A DNA stretch of 64,000 bases from Zootoca vivipara (lineage: Eukaryota). The DNA lies in the NCBI RefSeq assembly GCF_963506605.1, contig NC_083290.1:32240001-32304000 (forward strand), given 5' to 3'. The notes under the pieces are model-generated. The model was not told the origin of the DNA. It did not search any database and was given only the letters and a program-made list of their open reading frames with translations. The position numbers and the translations under genes were made by a program. Position 1 is the first letter of the stretch; each line of letters opens with the position of its first letter. This document shows positions 47,319 through 59,300 of the stretch, in pieces.

Positions 47319-50300
47319 CTTCTTCTTCTTCTTCTTCTTCTTCTTCTTCTTCTTCTTCTTCTTCTTCTTCTTCTCTGTTGTGTTGTGCAACATGGGCATG
47401 TTCTAGGTAAGCTGCTAGTAGGTGGTACTTGCCTACTTCTGGATTTCTTCACTTTGCTGGTATTTTCTCTGCCTTTTTGCTTCTTGTTCAAGAAGACATG
47501 CCATTGATGGGTGGTTAAGTGAAAATGTAGCTGTTTCATACTAAGGCAGACTAGTGACTCAAGTAGCCTATCAGAATCTGTCTTGATTTATCATAGCTCT
47601 CCAGGGTCTCAAATAGAGATATTTCCCAGATTTATGGCTAGGGTGCCGTTTAACTATAAATTCTGCTTCAGAACATTTCCCTTAACTTATATTTTCTGTC
47701 TGATTTCTGTAGAAGCAGGCTGCTGCTGCAAGATTCTTTGTGTTAATTATAGGAAGTCAGGGCTGTTCAAAGAAGTTGTGTGTATGCTAGCTAATAAGGT
47801 ATTTGACTATTCTGACAACAGAAATAGGAGTCCGGGATATGATGGGAGATATCTCTGACAGCATGTGAGCTACTGTGTCTGAACAGCAAAAAGTCTAAAA
47901 TATTTGTGTGGTGGAAATGCATATTGCTGAATGAATTACAGTATAGCTGTAGTGTGAAGTGTACTGTGTGTCTTGAAACAGGTGCCTGTAAACATGTATA
48001 GAATATGAAGATTGGACACTGTTTCCTAGAATTTGAATTGTACCCACAGTTCTCTTGCAAAGCTATAGCAGTAAACGGGATGATTATTCTTTACCAGAAA
48101 AACACTGAATCTCTACAACTCCTGTAATGTAGGGTTTCTATCTCATTAGAGGTGCTGCCAATGTTCTCTTTCTCTCTCTCTTGCCTTTTCAGGAGCGAGG
48201 TGGCAGTAACTCTTTCAACCATGAAGCCCTTACGCTTAAATACAAGCTGGACAATCAATTTGAACTCGTTTTTGTGGTGAGTTATTCTGTGTGAGATAAA
48301 GACCTCAGACAGGTGGAAAACCTGTCTCCAAGAGTCTCCATAGCAAAGTGAATAGAAAACTTTTCTCAGCATTGATGTATTGTTTTCGATGTTGTGGAAC
48401 ATTACTTCCTTTTCCTTTGATTGGGATCAGAAGAGCTTGTTCCTCAGTCTTGCATCACACACTGTCATTACAGCAACACCTTAGAATTGTTCCTTAAGAG
48501 CAATGAGGCTTCAATCAAGGAGCAGTTTCTCTTTCACAAACAAATATGTAGAATTGTAATGTTGGAAGGGGTCCCGAGGATCATGTAGTCCAATCCCTTG
48601 CAATACGGGAATCATAGAACGCAGAATCATAGAATTATAATGTGGTTACTTTTGCTTGTCTTTAACACCACTGCTCTCCTTGCAGGTTGGGTTTCAGAAA
48701 ATTTTAACTCTAACCTATGTGGATAAGTTGATAGATGATGTTCATAAGGAGTTCCGAGACAAATATCGAAACGAGTTCCAGCAGAAGGGAGCTCTTGGGC
48801 TTCTCAATGGCACCTTTGATTTTAAGGAAGATTTTTTACGTCTCCTACGGTAATAGGATATTTTCTTTCATCTTTTGCTGCTGATCCTGTTGTTTTGCCT
48901 CAGATACCTTGTATTTTGGAGCTGTAAGTTGGGGGTTTGGCTCAATAAGAGTGACACAATCTCCCTCAGTAGAGGTGGGCAGGAAGGAAGTCTGCCCTGG
49001 TAGAAACTGCTTGTGTGAACTTCTCTGTGCTTAGCTTTTGGCTGCTTCCACCCGCAAAGCTGCATATGTTACTTATGGTTTTGGAGGAATCCATTGAAAC
49101 CTAACCATGGCAGCATCAGCATCCCTCCCATAACCCAACATGACTTTATTGTACTCCGCAACATGGGCAAGGTTTGTTGATGGGTATTGGCACTACAGTG
49201 CTAGCTAGCCAGCCTAGATGTCTCATTCCTTTGGGGGCAAGGGGTCCTATGGCCACAAAGCCCAAGATCATATCTTAAAAGTTGCTTGTTAGAAGAAGCT
49301 AGGGAAACAAATTCCATGCAGTAAATATGCATCTGTGCTGCCTCCAGCCAGGCCAGCTCTAAAATACATTTATTCATTGTCTGGCATTGAATGAGCACGA
49401 TTAGGTAAACCTTTTCCTCTTTGCAAACAGGGATGCAGAGGAGAGCAGTAAAGCCCGAGCTCCCACTGCCATGAAATCGTTTGAACAGTCGGCAAAATCC
49501 CAAAAAACCGTGAAGTCTATGATAGAAAATCGAGGGGAGAAACCAAAAGAAAAAACCAAGAACAAGAAAAACAAAGGTCCCAAAAAGGAAGGTGAGTTAG
49601 TGTTGTGATGCAAGCAGCAGGCCATGCCAAACCATAGGCCTGCTGTGGTGAGGAACTGTGGAGTTTGTGCTATTTCTGGTGGCTTCCACTCGGGAGCAGA
49701 ATCAGTAGCAGTCATATCGCATGTCCTGTTCGTTAAAATCAGTTTTAAAGGTTCAGTCTGACATGCAGTTGCTCATTTAGTGACAACTGGGGATACCCTG
49801 TTAGCTGAGGAGTTGAAGCAGAGATGGAGGTCCTCTGGCTCCTTCATTTGTTGTTGGACTACAACTCCCATTATCCCCCGGCCATTGGCCATGCTGGCTA
49901 GGGTTGATTTAAACCCCATCCCTGGTTTAAATGTTTCATTTTACATGTTTTTGTTTTGGTGGAACATGGAATTTGCTCAGCACATATAGTAATTAATTAT
50001 AAAAACTTATGGTTACCTAAAAACCTCAAAAGCAGGACTTGACCCTTTTCACTTAGAACATTGGATGTTATTAAAACAGTGCTTTCCGCCTCCCGCCCAG
50101 CTCCAGGAAATGAAGCAGCTACCGTCTCTAAAGCAACCGCAGCTGTTAAGCAGGATCCTCCCGTTGCAGCTGGAGACAGGGAAGAACTGACCAAGGATGA
50201 GATCCTGCAGAAGAACCGTGAGGAATTCTTTAGGAAGCGCATGAAGGGGGGAGAGAAGTCCAAGTAAGTAAGGCCATTGCTAATGAATAATGCTATCGGA

Positions 50301-53300
50301 TCTTCCTTGGCTTTGAATCCAGAGAGGTGAAGTTGGGTGGTTACATAGAGGAAGGACTATGGCTTGGTGGCAGAGCATTTGCTTTATATGCAGCAAGTCC
50401 CAGATTCAATCTCTAGTAGGGCTGGGAATGTCCTCTCTCTAAAACCCTGGAGAGCCACTAGCAGTCCATATATAGCCCAGACAAAGGTTTACTGCTTCAT
50501 TGAGGACTAACTTAATTTGAGCTGTCTTCTTGGCAGGTGACTATTCTGGAATGAATTGGAAAAACAAACCCAAAACCTATTTTTGAGCCAGGGCTTGAGG
50601 GAGGCTAGAATCACTTTCTGAACTGGGCAGCAGCAGGCCTGGGAGCAAAGTGGACTTCTGAGCACCAGTTTGTTTTACAGTCTTGGGAGTACACTTCCTT
50701 GTTTTTCTAGAGAATGGTGTTTTCTTGGACTGATAGGTAGAAGAAATTATAATGCACAATGCACACTCAGTCTTTCCTGCTATGATTGTTTGTGACCCAG
50801 CAAAGTTCAGGGTTGACTGATGATTCAGAGGAGGAATTTTGTTCAGTTTTTTCCTCCTTGACTGCTAAGATCTACTGGAGTTTCTGTTCTGTCTTCCTTA
50901 GCAAGTCTCCAAAGCCAGACACTCAGAAAGACAAGGGGAAGAAGCCCAGAGTGTGGGAACTGGGAAACTCTAATGCCAAAGTACTTGACTATAGTAATTC
51001 CACTACCAATGGAAACACAGATACTTGTCCCATGGAGGAGTATGATCCAGAAATGGTAAGATCCCCAGTCACTAGACATCCTGATGGTTCTGTTTCATGC
51101 CTGTGCATAGTTTTGCAGAGCTACATTAAGATGCCTTGCTCTCAAATCTTCAAGAGTTTACCAGGGCAGCTTGATTGTGGGGTTTTCATGCAGTTCTTGT
51201 CATCAAAGCAGATTTGGTTTCCTAACCAATGACCAAGCCACACTGTACAGAAGATTAATTGGGGCCATTGATTAGTTAAATTGAATGTAGGAATTTACTG
51301 GGAAGAACTGCAAATGGATGAAGTATAATTCTTAGTGTCTCCCTTTCACAAGTGCTGCTGCTAGCAGTAATCTTGTAACACAATAGTGTTGCCAAAGTAG
51401 CCTCAACTGTTAACACGATGTGACTTGGGGCCCCATTCGCACAAAGACTTGACTTTTATTTTGCCTATCACATTTTGTTTTTTGATCCCCTTGATTTTTA
51501 AGTCTTTTGTTGGGAGAGGGATAAAAACAAAAAAGGAACAGAAGTGCAGGTTCCCTTTTAAAAGAAGAATGCATAAGAAGAGCCTGCTGGAATCTGACCC
51601 ATGGCCCATCTATTCCAGTATCCTGTTCTCACAATGGCCAGTCAGATGCCTGTGGGAAGCATGCAAGCAGGTCTTGAGCTCAAGAGCTCTCTTCACTTGT
51701 GATTCCCAGCAAACTGTGCCATTGTGGTTACTAGATGCGGATGGCCCTCCATGAATTGGTTTAATCATCTTTTAAAGCCATCCAAGTTGGCAGGCGTCAC
51801 TGCTTCTCATGGGAGCAAATTTCAAGTTTAACTACTCGTGGTATGAAGTAGCAGTTCCTTTTATCGGTCCTAAATCTTTCAGGATTCATCTTCACTGCGT
51901 GCCCACTCCTAGTGTTATGAGAGAGGGAGAATTAACTTTACCTACTTTCTCTGGGCTATGCACCACTCTGTAATATCTGCACTATGAAACAAAAGTATGC
52001 AGGTGTGCCTGTGCTGCTCTCTCTGCTTCCCAGAATTCCCTGTCCCATCATAGAGCAGAAGGGGGGAGGAGCCTTTTTCAGCCAAGAGCCACATTCCCTC
52101 ATGGGAAACCTTCCTGGGGCCATAGAATGGGAGGAGCCATGGATGTGACCCTGAGCTTCCAGACACACAAATGCCAGAGGGACACATTCCAGTTGAGCAA
52201 AAGCACTTGATGAGAGCTCAGAGCAGAGATACTGAGGGGCTTGGCCTGGGGAGACCCCTTAAGGCTGGACAGAGACACTGAGGGCACCATATGATCCACA
52301 GGCCAAAGGTTCCCCATCCCCTATAGAGAATGTGGGGCAACTTTTACTATAGAGCACTGATTCTGGGATATCCTCTGCTGGATGTGCTCATCAAGAAGAA
52401 ACAGCACCGTGAGCCTCTTGTTCTTAGAACTTGTGTAAAGTGTACAGAAGGAAGATGCACCCTCTAGAAGTAACTTATGGTTCACATGGAGGCAGCCTGA
52501 GCTGCTTAGAGTAGTGAGACACAACAAAGAAGGCTTATGTAATTCCTGGCCTTTTTTATCCACCACCACAGGTGCTTGGGGACCGCAACCGTGAGCCTGG
52601 CCGTCTCCGTGATCTTGAATATGAGAGTGAAGAGGAAACTGAAGAAGAGAAGGTGGTTCAGAACTCTTCAGGTGCAAGGTAAGTTCCCTCACTAAAGCTG
52701 TTCTTCTGTGTCGACTTAAATGAAACTTTTTGTTTAATTGACATTTCCCCTCCTGTAACATCATAACACTATCTTCTTGTTGCCAGTGCAAAGAAGGGAG
52801 GCCTTGGAGGCATGTTTGGGATGCTTAAGGGTCTTGTGGGCTCCAAAAGCTTATCCAGAGAGGACATGGACCCTGTGTTGGAAAAAATGAAGGATCACCT
52901 GATTGGTACGTTTGGCTTCCTCTGGAACTAGGCTGATGGGGGCTCAATTTGGTGGCAATGGGCTGGATGCTGCCCACTTCCCATGCCATTTGTGCTGAAC
53001 TGTGCTTATGAAGGGTCCAAGGTTGACTATGTCGTTAGTTGGGTTTTAGAAAAGGTCACGGAACTTTCTGAAGGCTAAGCAGAAGGAGACTTGGAAGGAA
53101 GCCTGGGACAAGGATGGCTAGTTGCTGAAGTTCTTACAAAGTAGATTCTGTGCTGTTCGTACCCTAAGCTCCTTCTTTTATCCTGTTTTCAAAACCCCAT
53201 TCTCTACTTCACATCCTTGTCAATTGTAGCACCCAGACATTCACACCGAGATGGCTTTAAGGCTCTGCAGGCTGTCAGAATTGGCCACTCCGGCGCTGTG

Positions 53301-56300
53301 GTCTAAACCACTGAGCCTAGGGCTTGCCAATCGAAAGGTCAGGGGTTCGAATCCCCGCAATTGGGTGAGCTCTCGTTGCTCAGTCCCAGCTCCTGCCAAC
53401 CTAGCAGTTCGAAAGCACCGGTACTGCTCCGGCGGGAAGGTAAACGGCTTTTCCGTGCGCTGTTCTAGTTTTGCCAGAAGCGGCTGAGTCATGATGGCCA
53501 CATGACACGGAAAAACTGTCTGCAGACAAACGTCGGATCCCTCGGCCAGTAAAGCGAGATGAGCGCTGCAACCCCAGAGTCGTTCGCGACTGGACATAAC
53601 TGTCAGGGGTCCTTTACCTTTACAATCCAAGCACATTGGATGTTGGGCTTGTAAGCAGCCACCCTAGTGCTTAGTGTAAGCTTATTTGTTTTGAAAGCTT
53701 ATTTTTACAATATCAGAAAGTTCAGCAAGTGGGCTGTGAGTGCTCCACATTTCCCACACCGGTCATAAGTAAAGTGGATTGAATTTCAAACAGGGGTTTC
53801 ATACCCCTTTACTGGAGACTTTAGGTGTCTTTTAATAGAGCATATCTGTTGGTGACAACAGCAGCTTAGTAGAATTGTCCATTGGCTGCAGGTCCTTTTC
53901 CTCTCTTGGGGGCTAGTAACGCCTTCTACAGCCACCTGTCATATCTTTTTCTTTCGTTTCTCATAGCAATACTTCACACTTCCTCTATGGAGCTTGAGGC
54001 AGCCTACATATGGACCCTAGATGCTTTTTGTAACTACTGTCTGAATTTCTGCGTCCTATGATGCCTGGCTGAATTTTGCCTACTAGGTTTGGAGGTGCAG
54101 TGGGATGACTTGGATGTGAATATTCTAAGTTCAAATTGCTGTTGAGCATCTCCCACCCTAGGTTAGTCACCACAGGATGCTGAAATTTAGGCAGTAATTG
54201 CAGGTTTCACCTAGGGCCCCTACGTAGGCTGGATGTGAGCAGTGTACTGTCAACATTGCCATCCAGTATGGTTGCTATGTGATTAAAATGTCATCTCCCA
54301 CCCTTGGAGAAGCATAAACTACCAGAGTTAATATAAATTTTCATTTTAGAGAACATTAATCATTCACCAAATAGTGTGAACTTAGCAGCATAACAATCTT
54401 AACTTGCTGTTTTCCCTCCCCCCTCCTGCCCAAAGCTAAGAACGTTGCAGCTGAGATTGCTGTCCAACTCTGTGAATCAGTTGCAACAAAGCTGGAAGGG
54501 AAAGTGATGGGCACCTTTACCAGTAAGTTCCCCTTTGTTTTGCTTTGTTTTTTTTGTTTTTTTTGCATGCCTTAGCGTGTACTGTAGTCTGGTGACATTA
54601 CTTTCCTCGGATATATGCCCAAATGCTCATGAATTCAAAACAGAATCCTTGGGTGGTGCCCAACAAAGTAAATTCACTAGAGCCAAGATCACAGCAGAAC
54701 TCCTGCTTTCTCTCTTTTCCCAGTGTGGTGTAGTGGTTAAAACTCGTAGACTCCTTAATCTGGGGAACCGGGTTCGCGTCTCCACTCCTCCACATGCAGC
54801 TGCTGGGTGACCTTGGGCTAGTCACACTTCTTTGAAGTCTCTCAGGCCCCCTCACCTCACAGCAGGCACCCCCAAACTTTGGCCCTCCAGATGTTTTGGA
54901 CTACAATTCCCATCTTCCCCGACCACTGGTCCTGTTAGCTAGGGATCATGGGAGTTGTAGGCCAAAACATCTGGAGGGCCGCAGTTTGGGGATGCCTGCC
55001 TCACAGAGTGTTTGTTGTGGGGGAGGAAGGGAAAGGAGAATGTTAGCCGCTTTGAGACTCCTTTGGGTAGTGATAAAGCGGGATATCAAATCCAAACTCT
55101 TCTTCTTTCCTTCCCAAATCTGCTCTGGAGAGTTGAGGAGAAACCCTCAACCTCACAAGAAAAGGTTTAGTAGGGCCCATGGGGAGAAGAGAGAGAGACA
55201 GGAAAGTTGTGTTGCTCAGCCAAAAGCCCTTCTGCAAGCGGATCTACTTCACTGGATACTACCCGTTGTGTCTAAAAAACCCAAATTAGATTGTGAGAGC
55301 AGGTCTTTAGTGAAACTGACAATCTCACACCAGGAAAGTCTGTACAGCAGCCACATACTCTATAACATGTGATGCCAGTGTGCCAAAGTCCACTTGTATG
55401 TTTGTGTGTGTCGTTATTGTTCCATCCCTGAAAAGGATTAGGAAGGGTTGTGGAAGTCCATGACATCATGCACAAAAGTAAGATGGTAGCACTACACATT
55501 GTACAGTATGTGTGGGACACTACACATGCCTAAGCCCACTTATAGGCACAGTGTTTCTAGAATGTTACCAGGCTGTGCCTTCGTTTTACTCCAATATATT
55601 TTGTTGGTACCCTGTACCAATGTGTTCCTTCCCAGTTTCACCATTTTCTGCTCTTGTGGAAGCAAATTCCTCACTCAGTAAATGTGGGCAGGGTCAGGGT
55701 GCAACTGCTGCTCACCAAATGTGAGTAGTTACTATTTTTATTATTGTCTTTCCAGCTGCCTATGCTAGAGTTTTGTTGCTTGCTTAACCTTGTCTCTAGT
55801 TGGCTTGTTTGACTTCTGCTGCTGCTGCTGCTGCTGCTGGGATGGGGGAAGAAATAACCCAAAGTGGATTTGTCCATTGGGAATCTGCTTCCCTGTGGGT
55901 TCACGAATGCTTAGCCTTCTGCATTTCCGGATGCCACCAGTGTGTGGCAGACTCATTTGAAAGCACGCCCTGCAGGATTTTGTGAAGGGCAAATTTATAT
56001 CCTTGGCATTAGTAAGTTTTGACTTCTCTCACAGAGAAGAGAGATTGATTCCTCTGGCCAAGAAGGCTGACATTGTCAGAGAATGCTGATGCAACTTAAC
56101 ATGTGGTAGAAATGGATTTTGGACGCAGAAGCATTTGATTCAGATGGCCCATTTTCTGTTTTTCTGTTTCTTGTGTTGTGAAGCTGCTTTGCTTGCCCAA
56201 AGGCCACAGGAGCAAACTGTACAAATATATCACTTATTAAAGAAGAAAAATCAATGTTACTCCAGAAAGGTGATGGCTTGTAAGGGGCTGTGAGAGTGAC

Positions 56301-59300
56301 TGAAAATCATGAGCCCTGGAGTGTCCTGTCAGTTGAATACTTGCACAGAATACTGAATACAATCAGATGCTGATACAGAGAGAGTGGTAGGCCAATGGTC
56401 CTCAGAGAAGGGTAGGTCGAACCTAAGACCAGATGTGGAGAAACCAAGCTCGTTTGGAGAGAAAATGGGAACTTTTGCATTCCTGTTGTCCAGATGCTTC
56501 ATCCTAGTCCTCCTGAAATGGACACAGCAACATTTCTGCAAGGAAAGCAGAGCTGGGCCTGTTCACATCACAGTTTACTTCGATTCACTTCTGAGTATAA
56601 GTGTGGGAAAGAGTATGTGGGGCCCTTCAATCTAAAAATGACAATGTGCTTCCAACTTCCCAGCGGTGACCTCAACTGTGAAGCAGGCCCTTCAAGAATC
56701 CCTGGTGCAGATCCTGCAGCCTCAGCGCCGGGTGGATGTCTTGCGCTCTGTGATGGAAGCCCAGCGTCACCGTCGACCTTATGTCATCACTTTCTGTGGT
56801 GTCAATGGAGTTGGCAAGTCAACTAACTTGGCCAAGGTACTTGGAAGGGGCTGCATGTGCGTGGATTTTGGGAAATGGGTGAAGTTGGGAGGGGAACCAG
56901 CTCAGGTTTGGGTAATGCAGGATGGTAGAGCACCGTTGCTATTGTGCAAGGAAAAGAGGAAGATGGTGGCATGTCTGGTTATATCATGGAGATCTAAATG
57001 GAACCCTTGCTCAAGAGATCTCCTGATATATAAAGCATTGCGCTAGCAAACATTGGTTTATCCAGCTCAGTATTTTCTGTGCTGATTGGGGGGGACTCTC
57101 AAGAGTTTCAAGGGAGAGGCCAGGGATAGAACTGGGAATCTTCTGCGCTCAAAGCAGATGCTCTGTGACTGTACATGTTGTCCACTTTTCTCTCTCCCTG
57201 TTGAAATCTAAAATTTATTCTGTCTAATTAGGAAGCATCAAGAAGGTAACTTGAAGTTGGACTGAGACCTGAAGTGCTACAAATTAGCATTTTCCTGGGT
57301 GGCCACCTAGTAGCCCATATCTAGCTTCTGAAGCAATGTTGTTTCACCCACAGCTTCTTGGTAGAATTCTCAGTCTCGGCTTCTAAAGTACTATGGCATT
57401 TGCAAATGTCGCAGCTGTCAGTGCGCCCATAAAATCTCTAGTCTCCCGTTCTCAGCATTTTATGTTCTCAGACATAAAATTCATGCGTTTATCTTCTTCA
57501 CACATCGACTGCAGCATAAACACATGGCTTGGCTGCATGGATGTGATGCTACCGACGGAACATTCATATCCATCACCATTGTCCATTGTACATTCACCTA
57601 AGTGTCATCAAGTGTTCAGTAATTCAGTGGTGCACATGCTATGCACCCACCAGCCCTCGCCTGTGTGGGGGCATGTGTTCATTTTCACTTTCCAGATTTT
57701 GCAAGGCTCTCTGCCCATATTCCAAGCAGATCTTTCTAGCAATAAAAGTTTATTTGGACGCCAAATTTCTGCATCTGACCAGCTTTAGGGGGACTGGCAC
57801 AGCAGATGTGCTGCATATCTACAGCCTTGTTATTACTTGGCAGGAAGCAAAGCTGCGAGGTGCCAATGGGAAGTCGCGTAGAGATGCTGGATGGTGGGTG
57901 ATGGAAGAGGTAACATTCTTCTGCCTGCCCCCCAGATCTCGTTCTGGCTGATCGAAAATGGTTTTAGTGTGCTCATTGCGGCCTGCGACACATTCCGTGC
58001 TGGTGCTGTAGAGCAGCTGCGGACTCACACTCGCCGCTTGAATGCTCTTCACCCTCCAGAAAGCCACAGCGGCCGCACAATGGTGCAGCTTTATGAGAAG
58101 GGATATGGGAAGGATGCGGCCGGCATTGCCATGGAGGCCATTTCGTATGGTGAGGCCTTTCTCCCCGTTTCCTCCTTATTTCTGAACCCCTTATTTCTTG
58201 TCTTCCTTAGCAATTCTAGTCACTGCATGCCTGTAGCTGAAATCTCTTTTTCCTGTTGCTTCCCCCTCCCCTCAAAATCTGGGGATATTCCAGATGCTAA
58301 ATACTCTCCTCTCCAGCTAATAGGAAGCAGTGGGACTGGCCTGTGGGAACATCTCAACCATCCTAAATCCAGTTCCTTCTCGTCCTCTGCAAGAGAAGGA
58401 ATCTGATTTATAACTCTGCCTAATCTGTCATTCTAGCCATAACCAGGAAGGCTTCAGGTTGAGTGAAAAGAAGGGTCTCTGACAGTCATAAGGGATAGAA
58501 ACATCCTCAGTTTGGGAATCATGTATAAAGAACAGTATTTGGCATTGTGAGAAACAGACTTTTTTTTTAAAAAAGTTAATATTTATGGCTATGAGGGCAA
58601 GCCTGAAAACGTTTGGACAATTGGCTTGAAATCTCAGAAGAGAGATTTGAGGAAGGTGTAGAGTTTTAATCTGTGGGTAGGAGAAATGAAACATTAGGGA
58701 GATCTGATTCATTTGCAGAATATTGCAGTTTCTGACATACCATAGGATTATAGAAAAAAACCCTCGTTTTGTACTCGTTTCCACTAGAAAATTTACCAGA
58801 CCTGCCATGCCATACACACTCAGAAAACTTACTTTGGAGGTTTGCTGGCTCTGCTTTGCACTTACTCTCATTCAAAGCTGTAGGCTTGGATATTTCCCCC
58901 CAGCTGTTGCTGGATTTATTTATTCCTTCAAATAAATATATCCTTTTTATCTTCTCAGCACGCAACCAAGGTTTCGATGTGGTCTTGGTGGACACAGCAG
59001 GCCGTATGCAAGACAATGCTCCTTTGATGACAGCTCTGGCTAAGCTCATTGCAGTCAACACCCCTGACCTTGTCCTGTTTGTGGGGGAAGCCTTGGTGGG
59101 AAATGAGGCTGTGGATCAGCTGGTTAGTTCCTCAGATTACTAGTTAAGATTCAAAACTCAAGAGGTGACAAATGCATACCTCCTTTTGAGTGCTTCTTTA
59201 CACAACAGTGGTATACCTAGAAGTAGTCATGTCTGTTTGCATGCAACAAATATGTAGTACAGTGGAACCTCTACTCACATACGGAATCCTTTCCAAAGTT

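Noticed and set aside
47202-47539. Poly-Lys, poly-Leu and poly-Arg ORFs
   Set aside because: Translations of the (CTT)n SINE tail.
53289-53360. tRNA gene (A and B boxes, GGTTCGAATCC)
   Set aside because: tRNA-derived head of a Sauria SINE that continues into the SINE body.
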